34,690 nucleotides of DNA from a virus (taxonomy: Duplodnaviria; Caudoviricetes), in the IMG/VR virus record IMGVR_UViG_3300020045_001293, positions 1 through 34,690 of that record; one strand, given 5' to 3'. Every line of letters begins with the position of its first letter. Position 1 is the stretch's first letter. Of this stretch, positions 25,594 to 34,690 are shown piece after piece. The translations under genes were made by a program, and so were the position numbers. Under the pieces are notes generated by a model, which did not search any database, was not told where the DNA came from, and worked only from the letters and a program-made list of their open reading frames with translations.

Positions 25594-26933
25594 CCTTTGT
25601 AATAGTCTAACAATTCAACCAACTCGGATTTCATCATTTCTTCTGCGTTTGTTGTGGTATATTTTTCAAGAGACGATTTATACCGAGCCACTAACATTGA
25701 AGATCTGACCAGACCTTGTTGTGTCATTTGTCGCAACGGAATATTCATGATCTTGTCAAGAGATTCTTGATCCGTATATCCGCCGTCTGCCATCATTCGT
25801 GTGATGTCTTGATCTTCTAGAGCATATTGCCTTGTGCTGATAACGGCTTCGATCACCTTATATTTCAAAGTCTCCCAACGAATAGATTCTTCAAGAGTTT
25901 TGATGATGTGTTTACGACGCACCTCATACAACCCGACACGCCACATCGCCCAATCAGTCAACAGTTCTTCAATCGATTCATATTGCTTGATTTTATCGTT
26001 GATATCCCAGAGTGACAACGTGTGAGTAACAGAAGTCTTCAATGACAGCAAACTGACAATTTCATCATGAGATAACTTTGAAAGGGTTCCGCGTTTGAAA
26101 ACAATTTTGATATCCCAACCGGTTGACTCATTACTGTCGTTGACCACTTCCATGATAGGACTTTCTGGATCATCTAACAACTGAGTCAATACTTGTTTCT
26201 TATATTTTGCCCAGTCGTAGACAGGCGGGAGTTCTGTAATTTTCAACTCCGTTGCGTTGATCTTTTCGTACATCCCAGTAACAAAGAATCTATTCCGGTT
26301 TGTCTGGTCTTTTTCAATAACGCCTTTCCAACCTTTCCACCAAGGTTTCAAATCAGAAGTGAATTCACCAGTTTCTAAAAGCCCTATGACAGCTCCGATA
26401 ATATCCTTTGGGTTGTGGGGATGGATATGGCACATATATCCAGTTCCTATCCCGAAAGCACCGTTCACTAAGCACAGAGGAGCGGTCGGAATCATAGCAA
26501 CCGGTTCTAATGACTTTCCTCGTTCGATTCTCATCTCAAGAATATCATCGTCTTCTTTCTTGAACCAACGACGGAAGTTTTCTGAAATCTTTGCCGAGAT
26601 ATATCGATCAGCTGATGCATCGTTGTCAACTGGTGTACCAAACTGACCTTCCCCGTCAAACAATGTGACGTTATTAGTTCCTGGATAACCTTTCACCATC
26701 CCAGTCAGAGCACCGCAGATTGAAGAACCGCCATTTTTGTAGGCGGTATCCGATGCAGCTTTTAATCCCAACCGTTCGACCGTGTCAAACTCGCTGGCGT
26801 TACGAAGCGACCATAACAATTTCCGTGTTGTTAGAATCTGACCATCTTTCACCGAAGGAAGAGAACGGAGATTATTCGCTGAGCTGAATTCTAACCAAGG
26901 ACCACGAACATATTCTGAAATTTCCATGGTCAT
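25587..26933 (-). CDS. DNA topoisomerase II breakage-reunion subunit (gp52-like)
   Basis: RSLPSVKDG, GQFGT, ASADRYI (catalytic Tyr), EP, LVNGAFGIGTGY and ITELP. Confidence 0.93.
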   Translation of the reverse strand: MTMEISEYVRGPWLEFSSANNLRSLPSVKDGQILTTRKLLWSLRNASEFDTVERLGLKAASDTAYKNGGSSICGALTGMVKGYPGTNNVTLFDGEGQFGTPVDNDASADRYISAKISENFRRWFKKEDDDILEMRIERGKSLEPVAMIPTAPLCLVNGAFGIGTGYMCHIHPHNPKDIIGAVIGLLETGEFTSDLKPWWKGWKGVIEKDQTNRNRFFVTGMYEKINATELKITELPPVYDWAKYKKQVLTQLLDDPESPIMEVVNDSNESTGWDIKIVFKRGTLSKLSHDEIVSLLSLKTSVTHTLSLWDINDKIKQYESIEELLTDWAMWRVGLYEVRRKHIIKTLEESIRWETLKYKVIEAVISTRQYALEDQDITRMMADGGYTDQESLDKIMNIPLRQMTQQGLVRSSMLVARYKSSLEKYTTTNAEEMMKSELVELLDYYKGW

Positions 26934-27463
26934 TGTTCCTTGGTTTCAAATAGGTGAACAAAATCTTGGAATTGATCCATCATCAATTGTGTCATCTCAC
27001 ATTCAGTATCATCAGTAACATCATCGATACACCCACAGATATCTTCCATAGCGTCAACACCCAACAGCGTGTTGAATATATGAGAATGGTGTTCACCAGT
27101 AGAAAATCGCAGGAGAACGCCAGACACGATTTTTGGTTTCAACTTGTCTTTCTGTAGGGAAAGACTTTGAAATGAGAATGGAGGAAGATGACCTACTCCT
27201 CCAACTTGGGTACGCGCAAAAGCATCAATAGATTCTTCTGGATGAGAGATATTGTAATTCGGAGATACCTTACCCATCTTTCCTGGGCTGGCAAAATATT
27301 CAAGTGCATCCAGTAACGACATGGCCGCTACGCGCATTGCATAAAATACATCAACAGCAGAATGTGGAACATCTTGGAACCATACGACCCTCTGAGTTTC
27401 TACAAACGGAATATGTCGTATTTCAACTCGCATCAAATCACGGAGTCTGATTCTGTTCTGCAT
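26930..27463 (-). CDS. Hypothetical protein between the topoisomerase subunits
   Basis: Starts 3 nt after the gp39 stop and overlaps the gp52 start (ATGA); SD GAGGA. Confidence 0.75.
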   Translation of the reverse strand: MQNRIRLRDLMRVEIRHIPFVETQRVVWFQDVPHSAVDVFYAMRVAAMSLLDALEYFASPGKMGKVSPNYNISHPEESIDAFARTQVGGVGHLPPFSFQSLSLQKDKLKPKIVSGVLLRFSTGEHHSHIFNTLLGVDAMEDICGCIDDVTDDTECEMTQLMMDQFQDFVHLFETKEQ

Positions 27464-27466
27464 CTC

Positions 27467-29383
27467 TTAATCCTCTATCTGGTTCATTGTCAGTTCTTTG
27501 AACAACGGCTTTCTATCATCTGCTCGTTTTTGATTGAACGCGAGATCGATCATAGCGTCAGCACTGTCATCATATACAAATGGGATGTGATATTGCTCTG
27601 AGTTGTTGAGGTATTCTTTGAACGATTCTGTATCGTTTGACCCCAAACCTTTCAGATACTTCACTCGGTCGTATGTTATACCAGTTTCTTTCAAATGAGT
27701 TTCGAATTCACGTTCATTGAAAAACTCTTGCTTTGTCTTACCTTTCTTCGCGATAACCACAGGGGACACCAAGAATTTCAATCTTCCTTGTTTGATAAAT
27801 TCAGGCCATAGACGCATGAACAACGCAGCGACTAACCCTCTAATATGCATCCCGTCAGCATCAGCGTCAGTAGAGATTACGATGTTATGGTAACGTAATT
27901 TTTCAAAGTCTACACCGCCTTTGACATTGAGACCCACCATGATCGCAATTATCGCTTTGATCTCATTAGATTTCACTAAGTCAGACTTTGTCGCGGCTAT
28001 CACATTAAGAATCTTACCTTTCAATGGGAATACGCCATGAATGGATGTGTTCCGCGCTGCCATGATCGGGGCTTTGGCTGAATCACCTTCTGTCAAGAAC
28101 AGAGTGCATTTACTTCTATCAGTTGAAGTGGCTGGCTCGTATTTTTCAATCTGATGAAATTTGATTTTCTTGATCTCTCTCTCTTGAGATTCGAGAGCTT
28201 CTGTTTCTTCCTGGTTGACCAGCGTTTCATGATATGATCCCATCCATTTTACAATGCTGCTTGCTGCTTTCTGAAGGAACGTCTGCGTCGGTTCCCATTT
28301 AGTTCCAAACTCTGAGACTGATGTTGTCATCTTCTCTTTGGTCTGGCTGTCAAATCTCGGCGTCTTGATATTACACACTAACACAAGGCCGATAACACCA
28401 CGAATCACACCAGGCTTATAGTCACAACCATATGCGCGTTTCAACTTCGGTCTTGCAAATTCAATGATCTTGTCTAACACATATTCTACATGGGGGCCTC
28501 CGCTCCAAGTATGAACAGAATTAACAAAACTGTGGTGTGTGAAATTGTCAGACTTGTAAATGCCAATTTTCCAATCTGAAGTTTCTTCAACAGCTTCGCA
28601 ACCAAACATATTACTGAAATCACGGAAGTGGTTCATCCGAATTTCTTTACCGTTCAGTGTGAATTCGATATTAGGATTACACGCTGCTGCTTCATAAATT
28701 CTTCGCATCACCATCAACCAATTATCTGATGTCATGGTGGTCATACGGAAACGATGATATTCAGGAATGAAAGACACCTTGGTTCCACGGTAAGACTTTG
28801 AATTTTTGATGACAGCAGGCAGGCTGTAATCTTTATTCATATTGTTCTTCCAAGTTCTTTCGTAAATCTTTTTGCCGTCACCGGTCAAGACAGTGAATAC
28901 TTTTGAAAACACATTGACCAGACTTGCCCCTTCGCCGTTTTGGCCAGCTGAATCAGAGTTAGACAATTCTTCGTCGTCTTCATTGTAGTTTGAAGAAGTA
29001 AACAATTCACCGAATAACATGTCTGGTAGCAACCCATCGTTGTACCCTTCAAACGGAACAATTGGAATCCCTCCGTTATCTTCGATACTGATCATACCAG
29101 TGATGCGATTAACATTGACATCAATCTTGTTAACGTGAGACCCTTCAGGAGTCTTTGAAAAATCGATTGAGTTGGTCAGAATTTCATCTACCATTTTGAC
29201 TAATGCAGGGCTGTACGAATAGTCTCCCCATTTCAACCCAGCTTCAGGATTGTACGGGTCATACGACCATGTGAACAATGTCTTCTCTCTGGTAGAACCC
29301 AAGTGGCGGTCAGGCCGTAAGAGGATATGCTGTATGTGGTCTAATCGTTTATAGAGTTTTTGTACATCACGCTGTTTATTCAT
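27467..29383 (-). CDS. DNA topoisomerase II ATPase/TOPRIM subunit (gp39 and gp60 in one polypeptide)
   Basis: HILLRPD, DEILTNSID, DNGGIP, GQNGEGA, FDSQTKE, TEGDSA, PLKGK, DADADG and YLKGLGS; real start MNKQRD at 29383. Confidence 0.95.
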   Translation of the reverse strand: MNKQRDVQKLYKRLDHIQHILLRPDRHLGSTREKTLFTWSYDPYNPEAGLKWGDYSYSPALVKMVDEILTNSIDFSKTPEGSHVNKIDVNVNRITGMISIEDNGGIPIVPFEGYNDGLLPDMLFGELFTSSNYNEDDEELSNSDSAGQNGEGASLVNVFSKVFTVLTGDGKKIYERTWKNNMNKDYSLPAVIKNSKSYRGTKVSFIPEYHRFRMTTMTSDNWLMVMRRIYEAAACNPNIEFTLNGKEIRMNHFRDFSNMFGCEAVEETSDWKIGIYKSDNFTHHSFVNSVHTWSGGPHVEYVLDKIIEFARPKLKRAYGCDYKPGVIRGVIGLVLVCNIKTPRFDSQTKEKMTTSVSEFGTKWEPTQTFLQKAASSIVKWMGSYHETLVNQEETEALESQEREIKKIKFHQIEKYEPATSTDRSKCTLFLTEGDSAKAPIMAARNTSIHGVFPLKGKILNVIAATKSDLVKSNEIKAIIAIMVGLNVKGGVDFEKLRYHNIVISTDADADGMHIRGLVAALFMRLWPEFIKQGRLKFLVSPVVIAKKGKTKQEFFNEREFETHLKETGITYDRVKYLKGLGSNDTESFKEYLNNSEQYHIPFVYDDSADAMIDLAFNQKRADDRKPLFKELTMNQIED

Positions 29384-29450
29384 TGTCTGTATTCTTCTCG
29401 GTGAATTACCATTGACATTATACAGTATTAGCGAGCAAAAGAAAAGGATC

Positions 29451-29633
29451 CTATTTGGATCCCTTCTTCTTACCGAACATCTCAATGATATTCTCAACAA
29501 ATTCTTGATATACGCTCGACGGTTTTTCTTTCCGTTTACGCACTCCACCGCTCGGGGTAGGCGTTGAGGCCATGTCCGAAGTTGTAGAGGCCGGACCGCT
29601 GTCTTCCTCGAAAAGATTTGAAAATTTCTTCAT
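29451..29633 (-). CDS. Small putative internal head protein (MKKFSNLFEE...)
   Basis: The N-terminus resembles the T4-like capsid-targeting leader MK.F..F.E; 60 aa; in a late operon. Confidence 0.55.
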   Translation of the reverse strand: MKKFSNLFEEDSGPASTTSDMASTPTPSGGVRKRKEKPSSVYQEFVENIIEMFGKKKGSK

Positions 29634-29976
29634 AATATTTGTTCCCTTCCATCCAATTAGAAATGAAATGAAATGACTTGAAATCAAATGGGTGTTCAGG
29701 AAGGTGAAATCCAATCCCTCTGAGAACACCATACAATACAGGCCATGATTCATAACCAACACAAGATTCTATGATCATGAGAGCATTTTCGATCTCGAAT
29801 GTGTTGAAGACAATGATCAATTGGTTCATCAACAATCGGACTTGTTCATCAGATTCCAACCGAGACAAGCAGTTGCGGATCTTCCTGAATCTTTGAGCAT
29901 CATCCATGACGTCCTTACTGGTCACGATTCTGGATTTGTAAGACCTCATGATGAAACATTTTTCACTGTCATTCAT
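29536..29976 (-). CDS. Conserved T4-like hypothetical protein
   Basis: D..RF..I...L.R.....RL..N.LI..FN.F pattern recalled from uncharacterised T4-like phage proteins. Confidence 0.65.
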   Translation of the reverse strand: MNDSEKCFIMRSYKSRIVTSKDVMDDAQRFRKIRNCLSRLESDEQVRLLMNQLIIVFNTFEIENALMIIESCVGYESWPVLYGVLRGIGFHLPEHPFDFKSFHFISNWMEGNKYYEEIFKSFRGRQRSGLYNFGHGLNAYPERWSA

Positions 29977-29987
29977 AACATCAAGCC

Positions 29988-30419
29988 TTACAAGTTGAAG
30001 AATTTGATCATACCTTCGACCAGTTCTTTACGCGAACGACCTTCAACATTGCGGTCTGATGCTAGGGCTTTCAGTTTCACCCATTCCATCTTTTCAATTT
30101 CTTCTTTCGTGAAGACTTCTTCTTCGCCCTCTGTTAGCACCGGAGCGATCAATGGAGTGTAATATGTGTAAGTCATAGGAGCTACAGAGGGAACGTCTTC
30201 TATAACCGTCTCATCTCCTTCGAGTAGTGATCCAAACTTGTCATAACCTAATTGAGTCAGCTTGGTCAGCAAACCTTTGGCTTCTGTCAAGATTTCTTGG
30301 TGACCATTAGGATGCTCCGCAACCCAACCACGGTCGGTAGCAAAAATCGTTGCGTTAATTTTGTTAGAGATATGCGGTTTGTTTTGAGCACATTTTGGAA
30401 GTGATGAGTGAACGAACAT
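29988..30419 (-). CDS. Late protein with C-terminal HeH/Rho-N-like motif (possibly Inh-like or head-associated)
   Basis: ATDRGWV at the N-terminus; EKMEWVKLKALASDRNVEGRSRKELVEGM at the C-terminus; late promoter. Confidence 0.6.
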   Translation of the reverse strand: MFVHSSLPKCAQNKPHISNKINATIFATDRGWVAEHPNGHQEILTEAKGLLTKLTQLGYDKFGSLLEGDETVIEDVPSVAPMTYTYYTPLIAPVLTEGEEEVFTKEEIEKMEWVKLKALASDRNVEGRSRKELVEGMIKFFNL

Positions 30420-30425
30420 GGTGAG

Positions 30426-30462
30426 ATACCCTCTATGAAATTTATTCTTCGAGGGTATTTAT
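30426..30462 (-). promoter_or_regulatory. Late promoter ATAAATA overlapping an RBS-occluding hairpin
   Basis: Minus strand reads ATAAATACCCTC...GAGGGTAT-ctcacc-ATG; an 8-bp stem covers the SD. Confidence 0.65.
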
Positions 30463-30573
30463 TAGGATGTTATGCAAAGAAGCCTTTAAAGTCCGCAGGA
30501 ATCTTTCTGTTCAAAAATTGAGCATCGGTATATACAATCAGATATGTATATGTACCAGATGTGAACCGAAATT

Positions 30574-31554
30574 ATGAATTATAAGAAATTGTACGATTCA
30601 ATCATAGAGAATCGTAAAAATAATCCCATCATCTCAACCAAGTATACAGAAGACCATCACATAATTCCGATATGTATGGGAGGAGCTGACACCTCTTGTA
30701 ATATAGTTTGTTTATCAGGGAGAGAACATGTCCTTGTACATAAATTATTGTACAAATTATTTCCTGATACGAGAGGAGTCGTACAAGCATATTGGTTGAT
30801 GATACACACTAGAGATGGATCAATCATAAATTCTAAAGAATTTGAAAGATTGAGAGATAAAAAGTCAAAAATTTCTTCTGATGTATTGAAATCCCAATGG
30901 AAAGATCCAGAGTATCGTGAAAATGCAATACAACGAATAAAAGAACGTTGGAAAGACCCCCATTTCAAAGACGTGCAATCTAAAATGGCCAAGCGTATGT
31001 GGGATGATGAGAATTTTAGGAAAATGATGTCTGAGAGTGCTTCTAATTTGTGGAGACGTCCAGATTTCATAAAGTTAATGCAAGATTATTGGAGCAATGA
31101 AGAAAACATTTCAAAACGTTCAGGTGAAATGAAAGCATTATGGGAAAGGGAAGGGTTTAGAGAATATTCATCCATCAGAAGTAAGGAGTTATGGAAGGAC
31201 GACGAGTATAGAGCAAAAATAATTGAGTCTTCTAAGTCTAATTGGAGGGATCCGAATCTTAGGAAACAAATGATAGATTCATTAGTAGAATTTCATCGTA
31301 AAACGCCGACTTGGAGGAAGAAAACGTCAGTCTCTACGCAAATATACTGGTCTCTTGCTAGGATGTTTTGGAACCTTTCAAAATATAACCCAGATTGCCA
31401 TCTCCCGATAGGATATACAGAATTCTGTAAAACATATGACTGCGGATTACACCATAATATTTACCAACGCATGTTGAAAAGATTTTCAGATGGTTGGATT
31501 CCAGAAGAGGACGCAGAATGGATGGAAGATTTCGACCACTACGGATTCAAATGA
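30574..31554 (+). CDS. Free-standing HNH homing endonuclease with eight 17-aa repeats
   Basis: YTEDHHIIPICMGG.D...NIV.LSGREH...H; opposite strand to its neighbours; A-rich composition. Confidence 0.85.
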   Translation: MNYKKLYDSIIENRKNNPIISTKYTEDHHIIPICMGGADTSCNIVCLSGREHVLVHKLLYKLFPDTRGVVQAYWLMIHTRDGSIINSKEFERLRDKKSKISSDVLKSQWKDPEYRENAIQRIKERWKDPHFKDVQSKMAKRMWDDENFRKMMSESASNLWRRPDFIKLMQDYWSNEENISKRSGEMKALWEREGFREYSSIRSKELWKDDEYRAKIIESSKSNWRDPNLRKQMIDSLVEFHRKTPTWRKKTSVSTQIYWSLARMFWNLSKYNPDCHLPIGYTEFCKTYDCGLHHNIYQRMLKRFSDGWIPEEDAEWMEDFDHYGFK

Positions 31555-31584
31555 TCACCCCGCAAATAGAGGTGATCATTTGAA
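31546..31584. terminator. 14-bp stem hairpin between convergent HNH and rIIB
   Basis: ttcaaatgatcacc-N11-ggtgatcatttgaa. Confidence 0.75.
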
Positions 31585-31586
31585 AT

Positions 31587-33032
31587 TTAGGCAAAAAACC
31601 CTTTAAAATCTACGGGGATCTGTCTACTCACAAATTGTTGAGTAACGTCCTCTAGGACGTGAAAGCGACAACACCGAATTTTTGCCCCTTTATAGTCACG
31701 AGGAATTGCAACGATATCACGCGGAGACAAACGAACTTTGACCAAACGTTTACTTTGATTCCAAAACTGAAATACATAACTCAGAGCACATACGTGTAAA
31801 CCACTAGAGCATTCATTGTTGATATTAGTGTCAACAAGAACTCGTTTCATGGTTACAGTGGAACCAGGGCTGTTGTCCAGTTTGCGTGAGTATGAATCTT
31901 TGTAGTTAGAATCAACATATTTGTACGCAACCACATACCCTTCTTCATCAATTTCAACATCAGAGAAACGAATGAATTCGATAATGCGGTTCATGATATC
32001 CGGCATTGGATTGTCTAATACGCGGTTGACGAACTTAGACAACGAAAGAATACCAGTTTCATTCCCTTCAGACGCAAATTGTTCAATCCGCTTCATAACA
32101 GATTCTAAACCGCCCAAACGAACAGAACCGGTTCCATCCAACATTACTACGCACCCATGTTCGACTTTGAAACCTAACAGGCTCATAATTTTTTGGTATT
32201 CGACCGCACGGCGTTTACGGATACCGCAAATTTCCAACAGTTTATCCCATAATTGACCCTTGATGGCACCAAGAGCATTTTGGAATACCGTTCCTTGGTC
32301 CGCTGTTACTGATCCGACATTACCTTCGTTATCGACAATGTTGATAGATCGAGTGGATGCAACCAAACGGAAAGGGCAATTTGACGCAACGTCGGTGATC
32401 GCTTTCAGATCAGAATTCGATGCCTCGACAATTATATCTTCTGACACCGGAGCAGCACCGCTTGAATTTTTCAATTCATCTGGGTCACCTTGGTATTCAG
32501 CGCTCGTGACTTGTTTAAAATCATCACCGTATAACTCCAAAATGGTAACCTGATTCGATTTCGTGTCGAAACCATCTTCGTTAGCACGAGCCAGACAATA
32601 TAAGAACTGGTGATTGATCCCAACATGTTGAAGATTCTTTTTCTTTTTCCAATTCTTCCACGAACATGACTGTGTCAGGCTGGAGACAATTTCTTTTTCA
32701 TCTTTGGCCTCTAAGATCGCATATTCGATCGTATCGTTTTCAGTTGAAGTGATCAGACCGCGATTGTTGTTAGTTTGCCCCCAAGACCAAACATCACCGA
32801 CAGCAGCAGGAGATGCTTTAGAATTCTTGACAGACACACAGCCGTTTTCAGTTGAACCGATCGCGCTGTCCGGATCATCCAAAATTTCATCGTCTGATTC
32901 CAACCCTGCGATTTCTGCCAGCGCTTTCTTAACCAAATATCGACTGACGTCATATTTGGTTGCCAGTTTATTTTGGCTGACCCCAGAATTCTCTGGGAGT
33001 CTGATTTTTTCTATCAATAGTTTTAAATCCAT
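31587..33032 (-). CDS. rIIB: rIIB lysis-inhibition/membrane integrity protector
   Basis: N-terminal HTH; C-terminal VAYKYV...KD.YS..LDNSPG..V.M.R..VD.....CSSGLH...PRDIVAIP.DY..AKIRCC. Confidence 0.92.
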   Translation of the reverse strand: MDLKLLIEKIRLPENSGVSQNKLATKYDVSRYLVKKALAEIAGLESDDEILDDPDSAIGSTENGCVSVKNSKASPAAVGDVWSWGQTNNNRGLITSTENDTIEYAILEAKDEKEIVSSLTQSCSWKNWKKKKNLQHVGINHQFLYCLARANEDGFDTKSNQVTILELYGDDFKQVTSAEYQGDPDELKNSSGAAPVSEDIIVEASNSDLKAITDVASNCPFRLVASTRSINIVDNEGNVGSVTADQGTVFQNALGAIKGQLWDKLLEICGIRKRRAVEYQKIMSLLGFKVEHGCVVMLDGTGSVRLGGLESVMKRIEQFASEGNETGILSLSKFVNRVLDNPMPDIMNRIIEFIRFSDVEIDEEGYVVAYKYVDSNYKDSYSRKLDNSPGSTVTMKRVLVDTNINNECSSGLHVCALSYVFQFWNQSKRLVKVRLSPRDIVAIPRDYKGAKIRCCRFHVLEDVTQQFVSRQIPVDFKGFFA

Positions 33033-33037
33033 TGTGA

Positions 33038-34636
33038 TTATTCCTGTTCGGTTTCAGTTGGTTGAGATTCTTCAAATTTCAATTCAGGGAAATACTTCCC
33101 GACTTTTTGGTCGAAATACGTCACTGATGAATGAGCAGATTTCAAACCAAACGGACAACATGAAGCATACCGCTTCTTCATTTGGAAAACAAGCGGACCA
33201 AGTAATTCCGTCGCCATCTTTTTATCACCGCCCAATTCATTTTCTAATGCTTTGATTGCGTATTTCTGAATCCTTTCAGAAACGGTGCCAACATCTTTCC
33301 CTATCATATTCATCTGAGACGACGATGGGATATCGTACGGGAAACTGCGATTTTCAACAAACAGTGATACAAACTTACGCAATTTTTCGACTAAATCGCG
33401 ATCAGGATTAACACCCAAATTATCAGAGCAATTGATAACTCGTTGCATGTGATTTTCATATGTTGTTCCGGCAGAGTTTCGACTCGGCCAATCAGACTTC
33501 TTATAGTATGTGTGTTGGATAACCACATTGTTGTAGAAACGAAGGAAAGAATCACCAAGTTCGATCATATCATTCAGGAAACCGAACAATTCTCTGGCTG
33601 TCCAACCGTATTCTTTCAGCAACAGATGAACGTTGTTCTTTCTCTTGGTCTTGAGACCTTTCGCCAAACGACCGCGAAATTTTCTAATGGTGTTTTCCGC
33701 ATCTTCTCCCCGTTCGAATTGATATACAACGCTCATCACTGTGTGATATGTCAGTGCTTTCGACAATTCGAATGAATGTTCTTCATATGTTTTTTGGTGC
33801 CAGTATTCGTCCACATGTTTTGAAATCGTACTCATTTCTTCCGAGGTAAGACGTTTCATATTCGGAGCGTTTTCGGCTGCTCGACGGGATTCTGTTCGTA
33901 CGCCTTTTATTCTGATGAATGCTTTGTACCCAGTAGCGTGTACCGCTTCATCAGACAATTCAACAAATGATGCGGGGACATTCGTGTCTTGATCTACCCA
34001 TGCATATTCGTTTTCTAAATCATTGAAAATATCATGTTCGACTGGTACATTTGATTTCAGGTAACGGCAATTGCGTTGGATTTCACTGATACCGACAGTT
34101 TGTTTACGAGAATTTTTTCTGATCATTGTTGCAGCGTCATGAATATCACTCGCCAACGCATAGTTCATACCGAATGATGAACAAAATTCAGAGAAGAATT
34201 CTTCACAACGCTGAGCACGATCTTCAAAAGGAGTTCCTTTAACATCACCGGCATTCACAATGATAACCAATTTGAAATCACCGCGACCGTGAATACGATT
34301 CAACCCGAATACATTTTCAAAGTTATAATGTCCGAATTCTAACAATGCTCCATAGATCGTCTGGTTAGCATACTGCGTATCATTAACAATTAGAGCAACC
34401 AACTTGTCTTCGAAGTATTGCGCTGGAATGAAATCTAATTTGTCAGTCGCTCGTTGCAGACCGCGAGTGATACCACCACGAGACCAAGCAGTGTAGTCTC
34501 CATTCTGTTCGTACCCAGAAGGGACTTCAACATAAAATCCAAAGCCATTATGACTTTTGTCATGACGGGTGACATAACCCTTATCACGTAATTCTTCGCG
34601 ACGATCTTCTACGAATTTTTGGATCATTTCTTTGGC
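33038..34636 (-). CDS. rIIA: rIIA, C-terminal part (5' end lost at the chimeric contig tip)
   Basis: Long ORF directly upstream of rIIB, open to the junction. The conserved N-terminal ATPase part is absent, so the call rests on synteny. Confidence 0.6.
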   Translation of the reverse strand, partial: AKEMIQKFVEDRREELRDKGYVTRHDKSHNGFGFYVEVPSGYEQNGDYTAWSRGGITRGLQRATDKLDFIPAQYFEDKLVALIVNDTQYANQTIYGALLEFGHYNFENVFGLNRIHGRGDFKLVIIVNAGDVKGTPFEDRAQRCEEFFSEFCSSFGMNYALASDIHDAATMIRKNSRKQTVGISEIQRNCRYLKSNVPVEHDIFNDLENEYAWVDQDTNVPASFVELSDEAVHATGYKAFIRIKGVRTESRRAAENAPNMKRLTSEEMSTISKHVDEYWHQKTYEEHSFELSKALTYHTVMSVVYQFERGEDAENTIRKFRGRLAKGLKTKRKNNVHLLLKEYGWTARELFGFLNDMIELGDSFLRFYNNVVIQHTYYKKSDWPSRNSAGTTYENHMQRVINCSDNLGVNPDRDLVEKLRKFVSLFVENRSFPYDIPSSSQMNMIGKDVGTVSERIQKYAIKALENELGGDKKMATELLGPLVFQMKKRYASCCPFGLKSAHSSVTYFDQKVGKYFPELKFEESQPTETEQE

Positions 34637-34690
34637 GCGAAGCTGTTGAAGAAACTTCAGATTGGAAAATTGGCATTTACAAGTCTGACA
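34637..34690. repeat. Exact inverted copy of 28546-28599 (inside gp39); probable chimeric contig tip
   Basis: The last 54 nt are the perfect reverse complement of 28546-28599. Confidence 0.95.

Noticed and set aside
27467-29383. T4 gene 60-type ribosomal bypass or intron in the topoisomerase
   Set aside because: The ORF is continuous and contains all expected motifs.
29384-29548. 55-aa N-terminal extension of gp39
   Set aside because: It overlaps another ORF and a TATAAT box (29417-29422, minus strand); the family-like sequence starts at 29383.
1-34690. Terminal inverted repeats of a transposon or linear replicon
   Set aside because: The two ends do not match each other. Each matches a different internal gene, and no transposase or terminal protein is seen.

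Overview
This window is a 34.7 kb fragment of a large lytic T4-like myophage genome. The gene order (gp2/gp54/gp32/gp33/FmdB/RuvC; gp4/gp48/gp53/hub/tape measure; gp39/gp52; rIIA/rIIB) resembles Ackermannviridae-type phages, and the host is probably a gammaproteobacterium; both points are inference. It carries replication and recombination genes (exonuclease, UvsW, RuvC-like resolvase, gp32 SSB, ligase, gp59-like loader, primase, two-subunit topoisomerase II), an anaerobic ribonucleotide reductase NrdD with an ATP-cone, baseplate and head-completion genes, an HNH endonuclease, rIIB, a truncated rIIA and many small hypotheticals. Both window ends are exact inverted copies of internal sequence (1-111 = revcomp of 1530-1640; 34637-34690 = revcomp of 28546-28599), so they are probably chimeric contig tips. 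The most interesting items are: a 796-aa modular, probably capsid-packaged protein with an Alt-like N-terminus and a repeat-flanked module; a Zn-ribbon read in frame into the ligase; an HNH nuclease with eight 17-aa helical repeats; a shared non-sigma70 promoter motif; and structured RNA leaders. I saw no tRNA, rRNA or CRISPR array. All family assignments come from recalled motifs, not database searches.
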